Position numbers and translations under genes: made by a program
Notes under the pieces: generated by a model
Told to the model about the DNA's origin: nothing
Database searches by the model: none
What the model saw: only the letters and a program-made list of their open reading frames with translations
In this document: in pieces, positions 39,035-49,200 of the stretch
How positions within the stretch are numbered: position 1 is the stretch's first letter
How the letters are laid out: every line of letters starts with the position of its first letter
Source of the DNA: Candidatus Micrarchaeota archaeon
Lineage (GTDB): Archaea; B1Sed10-29; JAJRYS01
NCBI GenBank assembly: GCA_964643685.1
Contig: CAZXTN010000001.1
Location: 135,936-199,935 of the forward strand
Direction of reading: 5' to 3'
Length of the DNA stretch: 64,000 nt

Positions 39035-39934
39035 ATGAATGGAAAAGAGATAATTGATGTTGCTTTGAAACAGGCGAAGAAGCAGGCAAGAGCCAAGAAG
39101 AGGTGGAAAGAAGCTGACTTGGTTAAAATTAATTCTATTCATGCAATCACTTTAGGCTACTTGAATAATTACATTCGTGAAACAAGCGTGGAGTTAACTG
39201 ATTTTCAAAAAAAGCTTGCTGAAACAATGATTGACGTAAAGGAAAAGAACAATGAGATACAGAGGATAAAGGCAAGTATTAGGATACTTAAGAAGCTGAA
39301 AGATGAGTATGAGATGAAATTGAAATACGGCGACAGCCCTAAACAAAACAAGCAGGTAATGAAGGAGTATATTGGAAGGTATTCGTCTGTTGTAAAGAAA
39401 ATAAGGACAAGTGAGATTGACAAGTTTTTGAAGAAACTGAACACTCTTCCGAAAATAAAGGAGATGAGCACTATTATCTTAGCTGGGTATCCGAATGTTG
39501 GAAAATCTCAGTTTCTTAAAACAGCAACAGGGCATAAAGTAAGAACTGCTCCTTATCCTTTCACTACAAAAGAAATTCTCATTGGTTATGTTAAGAACAG
39601 GTATGATAAAGTGCAGTTGATTGATACTCCTGGGCTTCTTGACCGTCCTTTTGAAAAGAGGAACAAGACAGAGCAGAAAGCAGTGCTTGCATTAAAGTAC
39701 TTGTCCAAGAACGTGTTGTTTTTAATTGATGCAAGTGAAACCTGTGGTTACTCCTTGAAAGAGCAGGAGAATTTGCTGAAAGAGATTAAGAAGCAGTTTA
39801 ATCCAAAATTAGTTGTAATTGCAACAAAAATCGACTTGCCTCATAAGGAAGTTAAATCAGATTACAAGGTGAATGCTACTGACAAAAAGCAAGTGCAGGA
39901 AGTTCTTAAAGAAGTTATGAAAAAATTTTTTTAG
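39035..39934 (+). CDS. Nog1-family GTPase
   Basis: GYPNVGKS, YPFTT, DTPGLLDR and TKID motifs. Confidence 0.9.
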   Translation: MNGKEIIDVALKQAKKQARAKKRWKEADLVKINSIHAITLGYLNNYIRETSVELTDFQKKLAETMIDVKEKNNEIQRIKASIRILKKLKDEYEMKLKYGDSPKQNKQVMKEYIGRYSSVVKKIRTSEIDKFLKKLNTLPKIKEMSTIILAGYPNVGKSQFLKTATGHKVRTAPYPFTTKEILIGYVKNRYDKVQLIDTPGLLDRPFEKRNKTEQKAVLALKYLSKNVLFLIDASETCGYSLKEQENLLKEIKKQFNPKLVVIATKIDLPHKEVKSDYKVNATDKKQVQEVLKEVMKKFF

Positions 39935-40029
39935 GAAAAAATAGAGACTAATTATCAGGAGTAGTTTGTGATAAAACAAAAGTTTTTAATCAGATGAAGG
40001 ATACAAAAGAAAAGAGAAGGTGATGGCAG

Positions 40030-40296
40030 ATGAAGGTAGATGAGAGGTTGAAAGAAGTTGCTGAATTAATGGAACCTATAATTGAAGACACCACTGTTCC
40101 TAAAAATATTAGAAACAAGATAAATGAAGCTAAGGAGAAAGTGCTGTCAAAAGAAGGGGAAAAAGCAGTGAACATAGCTAATGCGATTTACTTAATTGAC
40201 GAGATTTCAAATGACATAAACATGCCTTTTCATATAAGAACAGAAATGTGGAGCATTCTATCTGAACTTGAAGCGATAAAAGAAGAAATAAAATAA
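40030..40296 (+). CDS. UPF0147 family protein
   Basis: DTTVPKNIR and ISNDINMP motifs. Confidence 0.9.
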   Translation: MKVDERLKEVAELMEPIIEDTTVPKNIRNKINEAKEKVLSKEGEKAVNIANAIYLIDEISNDINMPFHIRTEMWSILSELEAIKEEIK

Positions 40297-40315
40297 GAAA
40301 AAGGAATTGAAGAAA

Positions 40316-41359
40316 ATGGATGTTGAAAAAAAACTAGCTTTGATAACAAGAATTCCTGTAGAAGAAGTGGTTACTGAACAGGAACTAAAAGAGCTTCTTG
40401 AAACAAAAAGCAACCCTTTAGCTTATGACGGTTTTGAACCAAGCGGAATGGCTCATCTTGGAACCGGCTTAATGAGGGCACAGAAAATAAGAGACTTGCA
40501 GGAAGCTGGTGTTGATTTCGTGCTTTACCTTGCTGATTGGCACGCGATGATAAACAACAAGCTAGGCGGGGACTTGGAAAGAATACAAGCAGCTGGAAGA
40601 TACTTGATTAAAGTATGGGAAACGCTTGGAGTAGACACTTCTAAAATTAAAATCAGGTGGGCAAGCGAGTTCGTAAACGACCCTGAATACTGGAAAAAAG
40701 TCATAAGCGTCTCAAAAAACACTACAATGAAAAGAATGATGAGAGCAACGACAATAATGGGAAGAAAGGAAGGGGAATTGACAGATGCTGCGCAGGTGCT
40801 TTACCCTGCAATGCAAGTGGCTGACATTTTCCACATGAACATTGACATTTGCCAGCTTGGAATGGATCAAAGAAAAGCAAACATGCTTGCAAGAGAACTT
40901 GCCCCTAAGCTTGGTTTTAAAAAGCCAATTGTTGTTTCTCATCATTTAATAATGGGCTTGCAGGGCCCTCAGAGAATGGAGATGGATGCTAAAATGAGCA
41001 AAAGTAATCCTGACTCATCAATACTTGTGCATGACTCGCCTGAAGAGATAATGAGGAAAATAAGCAAAGCATACTGCCCTGAAAAAGAAGTTGAATCAAA
41101 CCCTCTAATGGAGTATTCCAAGTACTTGATTTTCAGAGGAGAGGAGAAGAGCATTGAAATAAAACGCCCTGAGAAATTCGGAGGCAATATGGAAATTCAT
41201 TCATATGAAGAACTTGAAAACGTTTACAAGCAGGGAAAACTGCATCCAATGGACTTGAAGAAAATGGTTGCAGAACGGCTTTCAATACTGCTGAAACCTG
41301 CAAGGGATTATTTTGAAAAAGAACCTGAACTGCTTGAAATTTTCAAAGAAAAACCATGA
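40316..41359 (+). CDS. tyrS: Tyrosyl-tRNA synthetase
   Basis: YDGFEPSG, YPAMQVAD, GMDQRK and KMSKS motifs. Confidence 0.95.
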   Translation: MDVEKKLALITRIPVEEVVTEQELKELLETKSNPLAYDGFEPSGMAHLGTGLMRAQKIRDLQEAGVDFVLYLADWHAMINNKLGGDLERIQAAGRYLIKVWETLGVDTSKIKIRWASEFVNDPEYWKKVISVSKNTTMKRMMRATTIMGRKEGELTDAAQVLYPAMQVADIFHMNIDICQLGMDQRKANMLARELAPKLGFKKPIVVSHHLIMGLQGPQRMEMDAKMSKSNPDSSILVHDSPEEIMRKISKAYCPEKEVESNPLMEYSKYLIFRGEEKSIEIKRPEKFGGNMEIHSYEELENVYKQGKLHPMDLKKMVAERLSILLKPARDYFEKEPELLEIFKEKP

Positions 41360-41433
41360 TATACAAAAGGAGCTCTTAAAAATTAACTTGAAAAAAGGGT
41401 ATGCATTTAAGGACTCCGACGAGTTGATTTTGC

Positions 41434-42903
41434 ATGAACATAATAGAAGAAATTCAGAAAAAAGGCTACTTGCTTACTCCTGATGCTCTTGAATACTTGA
41501 AAACAAGCGTGGACGCCGAGGAAATAGCAAGAAGAGCAATGGAAGAGGCAAAAGGAAAGCTTGTTATTGAAAAAAAAGACCTTGAGCAAAAGCAGAAAGC
41601 AAAAGAAGTGATAAGAGAAGAAGCTAAAGCAATTGTTGAATTTACAAGCTTCAAGCCTATTGGAAAAGAAGTAAGTGCAGAAGTTAAGATTATAGGAAAT
41701 AACGTGACAAGCAAGTCAACTTCCACTGGAAAATTAGAGGATTTTGTTTCTTATTTCAACAGCAGGTATGAGAAGATAAGTGAAATGCTGAAAAAAAGAG
41801 GACAGCATCCTTATAAAAAAATAGAAAACTTGAGAAGCGGTTATGAGAAAGTAAAAGTAATAGGCATCTTCAATGAAAAAAGAACAACAAAAAACGGGCA
41901 TGTGTTAATGAACATAGAAGACCCTACTGGCACGCTTAATGTCCTTATCCCAAAAAGCAACAAAAGGCTTCTTGAATTTTCAGCAAACATAATAAATGAC
42001 GAGATAATAGCAGTTGAAGGAAGGCTGAGCAAAGAACTGTTCATAGCAGACGAAATATACCAACCTGAAATTCCAATAAGGCCAGTTAAAACAACAGAAG
42101 ATGACATAGCAATAGTGCTCACTTCAGACATGCATATTGGAAGCAAGCTTTTCATGAAAAAAAATTTTGAAAACTTTCTAGAATGGCTTCATGGCAAAAG
42201 GGGAAATGAAAAGCAAAGGAAACTAGCTGAAAAAGTCAAGTACTTGACAATTTCAGGAGACAATGTTGACGGAATTGGAATTTACCCAACTCAAGAAGAA
42301 GAATTAGAAGAAAGTGACATTTTCAAGCAGTATGAAATGCTTGAGGACTATTTGTTGAAAGTGCCTGATTACATTCACATAGTTTTAGCTCCTGGAAACC
42401 ACGATGCTGTTAAAACAGCAGACCCACAGCCTCAGCTGACAAAAGAGTTAGTGCCAAGGTTATATGAATCAAAAGATGTAACGCTCATAGGAAGCCCAAC
42501 AATGGTTGAAATACATGGATTGAAGCAGCTTATTTACCATGGAACCTGCTTCGTTGACTTCGTAAATGCCTTGCCTACAGCTAGTTTTGACAAAGGAAGC
42601 GAGATAATGACTGAAATGCTTAAACGCAGGCATCTTCATCCAATTTACGGTGGAAAACCAATCACTCCTGAAAAAGAAGATTACTTGGTAATTGAACAAG
42701 TGCCTGATATTTTCCAAGCAGGAGAAAGCCATAACAATTCATACAAAATTTACAGGGGAACAATAAACATAAATGCAGGCACATGGCAGGCTCTTACAGA
42801 ATATCAGGTAAAGCAAGGGCACAAAGCAACCCCTGCAATAGTGCCTGTTATTGAAACAAAATACGGCAGAATAAACGCTATTCACTTTGACAAGCAAGTG
42901 TGA
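41434..42903 (+). CDS. polB: DNA polymerase D small subunit DP1
   Basis: OB fold, SDMHIGS, GNHD and RRHLHP motifs; precedes DP2. Confidence 0.93.
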   Translation: MNIIEEIQKKGYLLTPDALEYLKTSVDAEEIARRAMEEAKGKLVIEKKDLEQKQKAKEVIREEAKAIVEFTSFKPIGKEVSAEVKIIGNNVTSKSTSTGKLEDFVSYFNSRYEKISEMLKKRGQHPYKKIENLRSGYEKVKVIGIFNEKRTTKNGHVLMNIEDPTGTLNVLIPKSNKRLLEFSANIINDEIIAVEGRLSKELFIADEIYQPEIPIRPVKTTEDDIAIVLTSDMHIGSKLFMKKNFENFLEWLHGKRGNEKQRKLAEKVKYLTISGDNVDGIGIYPTQEEELEESDIFKQYEMLEDYLLKVPDYIHIVLAPGNHDAVKTADPQPQLTKELVPRLYESKDVTLIGSPTMVEIHGLKQLIYHGTCFVDFVNALPTASFDKGSEIMTEMLKRRHLHPIYGGKPITPEKEDYLVIEQVPDIFQAGESHNNSYKIYRGTININAGTWQALTEYQVKQGHKATPAIVPVIETKYGRINAIHFDKQV

Positions 42904-42909
42904 TTGAAA

Positions 42910-45900
42910 ATGAAGGTTTTTGACATAATACAAGAGCAGATGAAAAAAGCTTATGAAGAAGCAGCTGAAGCAAGAGCAATGGGCATTGATGCAGGTGAAG
43001 AAGTAGAGATAACCCAGGCATCTGACTTGGCTGCCAGAACAGAGGGGCTTGTTGGCCCACCTGGTTCAGCTGAAAGAATAAGAGAGTTGATAAAAGAACA
43101 TGGAAGAGACAAAGCAGCTTTAAAAATAATTGAAGAGATAATTGAAGGAAAATTTATAAAAGGAACAGACGCAGAGAGGGTGGAGCAGGCAATAAGAACA
43201 GCAATAACAATGCTTACAGAAGGCATTCTTGTTGCAGGAACAGAAGGGATAGCAAAAGTAGAGGTTAACAAAAACCCTGACAATACTGAGTACTTAAGCT
43301 TGTATTTCGCATCTCCAATCCGTTCAGCTGGAGGAACAGCAGCTGGGTTAGCTGTAATGGTTGCTGATTATGCAAGAAAATTAGTTGGCTTGGACAGGTA
43401 CAAGCCTAAAGAAGAAGAAGTAGAGAGGTATGTTGAAGAAATAGCTTTGTATAACAGTTCAATTTCACGTCTTCAATACAATCCAACTGAAGATGAAATC
43501 AGAAAAATAATAAGCAACTGTCCTGTATGCGTTGACGGCGAACCAACTTCAACTGTGGAAGTAAGTGTTTACAAAAATCTTGAAAGAGTGAAGACAAACT
43601 GCGTGAGAGGAGGGATGTGCCTCGTAGTAGCAGAGGGGCTTGCTCAAAAAGCACCTAAACTTCTGAAATTTTCAAACAAGCATGACATAGGATGGAACTG
43701 GCTTGAATCACTTGTAAAAGTCGTGAAAAAAAGCGGAAAAATTGAAATACAGCCAATAACAAAATACTTGAAAGAAGTTGTAGGCGGACGCCCTATCTTC
43801 GCTTACCCTTCAACTCCAGGCGGATTCAGGTTAAGGTACGGCAGGGCAAGAAACACTGGAATCAATTCAAGAGCAGTGCATCCTGCTTCAATGGAAATAC
43901 TTGACGAGTTTCCAGTCATAGGAACGCAGTTGAAAATCGAACGCCCTAAAAAAGGCTGCGCTTTGACTCCATGCGACAAAATAGAGCCCCCTGTAGTCCT
44001 GTTGAAAAACGGCGACGTTGTACGCGTGAAAAATTTCGAAGAAGCTAAAAAACTGAAAAAAGAAGTCAAAGAAATTCTTTTCCTTGGAGACATGCTTGTT
44101 CCTTACGGCGATTTTTTAAATGCTAATCACCCTTTGATTCCAAGCGGCATAGTTGAAGAATGGTGGAACTTGATTGTTGAAAAAAAAGGAGTAAAAGTTC
44201 CTGAGAATTTGACAGCTGAAGAAGCTGTTGGTTTAAGCAGACTGCATAGCATTCCACTGCATCCTAAATACACTTATTTTTACGCAGATGTTTCAAAAGA
44301 ACAAATCAAAGAGCTTGTTGAATGGCTGAAAACAGGAAAAGCAGAGGTAATTGGAGGACTGCTTGACAAGAAAACAAGAAGATTAGTGGTTGAAAACAAA
44401 GAAGCTAAAAGGGTTCTTGAATTGCTCTGCGTGCCTCATAAACTAAGGGAAGGAAGAGTCATTATAGAGGATTCTTTTGCTTTGGAGGAGACTCTTGGTT
44501 TAAGCAAGGAAATTGACTTGGAAAAATTAAGTGAAGAAAAAGAAGACGCGTTGGAATTAGTTAATGCTCTTGCTGGCTTTCCTGTTTATAATAAGGCGCC
44601 TGTTTACATTGGTGCTAGGATGGGACGTCCTGAAAAATCAAAGGAGAGAAAAATGAACCCTGCACCAAACGGCTTATTTCCAGTTGGAAACTATGGAGGG
44701 AAGACAAGAAGCGTTGAAAAAGCAGCTGAGAAAGGAAAAATTACTCTTGAACTGCCTAATCTTGTTTGTGAAAAATGCGGCAAGGAGTTGTTGTCTTACA
44801 AATGCGATGAATGCGGCGGAAGGGCTGTTGTAAAAAGAGTGTGCATTAATTGCGGAAAATTCAATGAAAGTGAAACTTGCAAATACTGCGGAGGCAGGAC
44901 TTCTGGTTACAGGAAAAGGATCGTTGACTTAGGTGAAATTTTAAACAAAGCTCTTGTAAACTTAAGTGAAAACAAGGCTCCTGAAAAAATGAAAGGAGTT
45001 ATTGGAACAATTAGTGATGACAAGTACTTTGAACCTCTTGAAAAACTTGTTTTAAGAGCTAAGCACAAGGTATGGTGCTTTAAAGACGGCACTGCTAGAA
45101 TCGATGCAACGAACCTGCCTTTGACTCATTTCAAGCCAAGGGAGATTCACTTGACTGTTGAAAAAGCAAGGGAACTTGGTTACGAAAAAGATTATCTGGG
45201 AAACGAGCTTGTTGATGAAGAACAGATTGTGGAGCTATGGCCTCAGGATGTAGTGATTTCAGAAGCAGCTGGTGATTACTTTGTAAGAGTATGCAATTTT
45301 GTTGATGACGAGCTTGTGAAATTTTACAAGAAAAAACCTTATTACAACGTTAAAGAAAAAGAGGACTTGATTGGCAAGCTAGTGCTTGGAATGGCTCCGC
45401 ATATTTCAGCTGGGACTCTTGGAAGAATAATTGGTTTCACTAAAGCACGCGGAACTTACGCTCATCCTTACTTTCACGGAGCAACTAGAAGAGACTGCGA
45501 CGGAGATGAAAACTCATTGACTTTGTTAATGGATGCTTTGATTAATTTTTCAAAGAAGTACTTGCCTTCAAAAGCAGGTGGAACAGAAGACATTCCATTA
45601 ATTTTGTCAACTAAAATCAACCCAAGTGAAGTTGACGACCAAGTATGGGATGTTGAAACAATAAGCCACTTGCCTCTTGAATTCTACGAAGCAGCTGAAA
45701 AAATAGTAAACGCGTACGACGTTAAAATTCCAATAATTAAAGACAAGCTTGGGAAAGAAGATGAGATGTATGGAATTAATTTCATGTTTGACACTTACTC
45801 TATTGATGAAGGCCCTCATCAATCCAACTACACTCAATTAGGTGCTATGAGCGAGAAAGTGCAGAGGCAGTTGGAATTAGCTGAAAAAATAAGAGCAGTT

Positions 45901-46242
45901 GATGAAAAAGACGTTGCTAAAAAAATAATCAACTCCCATTTCTTGAGGGACATTTACGGCAACCTGCGTTCGTTCGGACAGCAGAGTTTCAGATGCGTTG
46001 ACTGCAATGCTAAGTACAGGAGAGTCCCTTTAAGCGGAAAATGCACTAAATGCGGAGGCAAGTTGTTGTTGACAGTGCATAGGGGAGGCATTGAGAAGTA
46101 CTTGAAAGTGTCGCAGGAAATGGCTGAAAAATACGGGCTAGGGGACTATTTGGAGCAAAGGTTGAAGTTGATTGAAACTGATTTGGAAATGATTTTCGAA
46201 AGCGAAAAATCAAAACAATATTCACTATCAAGCTTCATGTGA
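42910..46242 (+). CDS. polC: DNA polymerase D large subunit DP2
   Basis: IRSAGGTA, GGFRLRYGR, RRDCDGDE, Zn fingers and PIP box QYSLSSF. Confidence 0.96.
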   Translation: MKVFDIIQEQMKKAYEEAAEARAMGIDAGEEVEITQASDLAARTEGLVGPPGSAERIRELIKEHGRDKAALKIIEEIIEGKFIKGTDAERVEQAIRTAITMLTEGILVAGTEGIAKVEVNKNPDNTEYLSLYFASPIRSAGGTAAGLAVMVADYARKLVGLDRYKPKEEEVERYVEEIALYNSSISRLQYNPTEDEIRKIISNCPVCVDGEPTSTVEVSVYKNLERVKTNCVRGGMCLVVAEGLAQKAPKLLKFSNKHDIGWNWLESLVKVVKKSGKIEIQPITKYLKEVVGGRPIFAYPSTPGGFRLRYGRARNTGINSRAVHPASMEILDEFPVIGTQLKIERPKKGCALTPCDKIEPPVVLLKNGDVVRVKNFEEAKKLKKEVKEILFLGDMLVPYGDFLNANHPLIPSGIVEEWWNLIVEKKGVKVPENLTAEEAVGLSRLHSIPLHPKYTYFYADVSKEQIKELVEWLKTGKAEVIGGLLDKKTRRLVVENKEAKRVLELLCVPHKLREGRVIIEDSFALEETLGLSKEIDLEKLSEEKEDALELVNALAGFPVYNKAPVYIGARMGRPEKSKERKMNPAPNGLFPVGNYGGKTRSVEKAAEKGKITLELPNLVCEKCGKELLSYKCDECGGRAVVKRVCINCGKFNESETCKYCGGRTSGYRKRIVDLGEILNKALVNLSENKAPEKMKGVIGTISDDKYFEPLEKLVLRAKHKVWCFKDGTARIDATNLPLTHFKPREIHLTVEKARELGYEKDYLGNELVDEEQIVELWPQDVVISEAAGDYFVRVCNFVDDELVKFYKKKPYYNVKEKEDLIGKLVLGMAPHISAGTLGRIIGFTKARGTYAHPYFHGATRRDCDGDENSLTLLMDALINFSKKYLPSKAGGTEDIPLILSTKINPSEVDDQVWDVETISHLPLEFYEAAEKIVNAYDVKIPIIKDKLGKEDEMYGINFMFDTYSIDEGPHQSNYTQLGAMSEKVQRQLELAEKIRAVDEKDVAKKIINSHFLRDIYGNLRSFGQQSFRCVDCNAKYRRVPLSGKCTKCGGKLLLTVHRGGIEKYLKVSQEMAEKYGLGDYLEQRLKLIETDLEMIFESEKSKQYSLSSFM

Positions 46243-46271
46243 AAAAAGAAGAGCATAGCTAGGGGCTAGAG

Positions 46272-49200
46272 TTAGATTACTTCTTGTTTTCTTAGCCCTC
46301 CATTGTTGTTCATGTAAGTAAAAGGCACTTTTCCTATTATTTTATGTGGTTTTTTAACCATTGGTATTCCAAGTTCTTTTGCTTTTTGTTCATAAAATTT
46401 TAAAATTAATTGTTTTGCTTGAGTGTTATGCGAGTAAATGTCATCTAAATATAACTCCCATTCGCCTGAACTATTTTTTGTTAAATACATGACTGCTCTT
46501 GCTTCCATTTTTCCTGTTTCTGTGTTTATTATTATAATTGGTTTTTTGGTTGCGTCCCCTATAAAACTCACTAAAGCAGGGTTAAATCTTCCTTTACTTA
46601 AGTAAGATTGGCAGGTGTTAAACTCTTTCCCAATATTAAACCACGATACGACATCTGCTTCATCGCTTGCTTTTAAAACTGCCTCTTTTTCATTTGTTTT
46701 TGCAAGTAGTCCTGCTGCATATTGTAAGTGTTTTGATGCATCTGAATTCTCTTCTGTAATCTGTTTTATTAGCTCTTGTATTTTGTTTTGAGCTTTGCCA
46801 TATTCTTGTTCTTCAATTAATTTTTGTATTTTATTGTACTCTTCTTGATGTTTTTCTTGGTTTTCTGCAGTGAGTTCTTGCTTGCTTTCTTCAAGTCTCT
46901 TAATTACTTCTTCTATTTTATCTTCAGTGGATTCTTTTCCTACTTGCATTGTTATGGTTGTTGTTTGTTTCCATTTATCTTGCAGTTTTTCAGGCACTCC
47001 TATTTCATCAAGTTCTTTATACTTGTACTCTTTGAATGAGTCTATTCCGGCAAGCCAAGCATTCATTATTTGTTTTAATGCTTCTTGTTCTTTTTCCGTT
47101 CTTATTACTTCATTTTTTACTTTTTTGAAATTGATGGTTTTGTAATGATTTTCTAATGTTCTTATAATCACCACCATGTCTACAAGTTGTTGTTCTTGGT
47201 GTTGGTCTTGCAATTGCTTGTATTTTATTTCAAAATTTTCTCCAAATTCTTGCGTTCCTGTTTTTACTATTTCATCTTGTAATTGCTTGTTTAATTTTTT
47301 TAAATCTGTTTCTTGGATGCTTATTTCTTTGTCAAATAATGCATTTAATAATTGTAATTTCTGAGCAATGCTTGGCAGTTCTTTTATTTGTCTTTTTCCT
47401 ATTTTTTCACCTGCTTTTAACTTATTTCTTATTATTGCTTGGATTTGTTCTGCTACTTTTTCATCTCTCATTAAAGGAATAATCAACTCTCTTGCTCTGT
47501 TCTTGCTTCTGCTTATGATGTAGCTGTTGAATACTTCTCTCATTTCCTCAGAAATCATTAACTCTAATTGTTTATAAGGCTTGTTTACCCATCCTTTCTT
47601 TAATCTTACTATTTCTTCACTTAAAACAGATAGAGGCAGTTCTTTTATTTTTAAAAACTTTTCAAAATGTTTACGGGATAAAGTGTCTCTGAAAATCACG
47701 CTTGCTTCTAAAAAAGTATTAACATCTTGTTTTTTTTCTACTAGTTTATATGTTAATTCAAGCAATTTATGTGACTGCTCTCCTTTTAATCCTTTTATCA
47801 TTAGAACATTTAAATTATCAACAAATGAGCGTAATTCTCTATTTTGATCTGTTAATTTAATTAATCTTTTCAATTCTTCTTCATCAAAATTTAATAATTC
47901 TTCAAGAGCAACTTCTCCAAGAAAAGTCGTAGCTGGATTTAGAGAACCAAAAGTTATATTGTCTGTTAAAAATTTTAGATTCTTCAATTTCCTTTCATTA
48001 TCTTCATTTTTTATTGCTTGTTTCAGTACATCTCTAAAGATATATTCTGAATAATTTAAGATTTCCTCTCTTTCTTCTTCATTAAATAACTCTTTAAAGA
48101 GTTTAACCTGCTTTATCTCATCTACTCTCATGTTTGGTTTGATTAACTTTTTTCGAAGTTCAGGGTAATCCATTAATTCTTTTATTATTTCTTTTTGCTG
48201 TTTCATTTCTTCAAAAGTTAATTTTTTAAGATTGTTTAAAACTGCCTTTTTTTCAGTTGGTTTTAATGCTCTTAGCTTTCTAGTTAATTCTTTATCATGA
48301 ACAATTTCTTCTACTGATTCTTTATTTTCTTTTTTTAATTCTAATGCTATTGACAAGAGATTATCTTGTTCTTCAATAATTTCATTAATCTCCCTCATCT
48401 TTGATTTTAATTTTTCAAAAGAAAAAGCTACTTTGGTTCTTAGTCGTTTTTCAAATTCAAATTCAAGTTCCTTGAAAAGAGACTCGTTGAATTTTCTTAA
48501 TTCAATGGATTTTTTTATTAACTTGTTTACTTTTTTTCTTTCATCCTGGCTTAATTCCCCATAAAAAGAGACTAAGGCAGGCGCTGAATTTTTTTTATAA
48601 AAATTAACTAAAGCAGGCGTCGGATTTTTTTCATCAATTTTAAGTTTTAAGTAAAAAATTAAGTTTTTAAATTCTTCTTCATTGACTAAATTGCTTTTTT
48701 TAATTTTAATTAAAAAATTCTCTTCTTCTAAAAGAGTATGGGAAGTAAATTTTTTGCTTGAACTAGGCAAATTTTTCAACAAGTAAAGGTAATCTTTCTT
48801 GCTTAAGTAACCTTCTTTAAATAATTTTATAACCAATACTTTTGCCTTAAGGTCATTTTCACTCTTTATTCTCTTTTGTTTTATTTCATTAAATAAATCC
48901 TTTAAAGCAGATTTTTCCGCAGCTTCTTGCTTTTCAAAAGGTGAAATTAATTCATTGTTAATCAAATTGATAAACTCAACAGGATTAAAATTCAATTCCT
49001 GTAAATAAGAAGTTGCTTCATAAACTTCTCTTATTTCCTCTTTTTTTGTAATACCCAATTTCGCTATTGCTTCGGAAAATTTGCTTGGCTCTCCTCCTGA
49101 TAAAGCAAATTTCTCTAAAATTTCAACAACATAATCAGCATACTCTTTATCTCCAGCTTTAATTAACTTGTCTACCTCTTTCAAATAAGAAATTGCATAA

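Noticed and set aside
42910-46242. Intein in DP2
   Set aside because: The length is normal and there are no intein splice motifs
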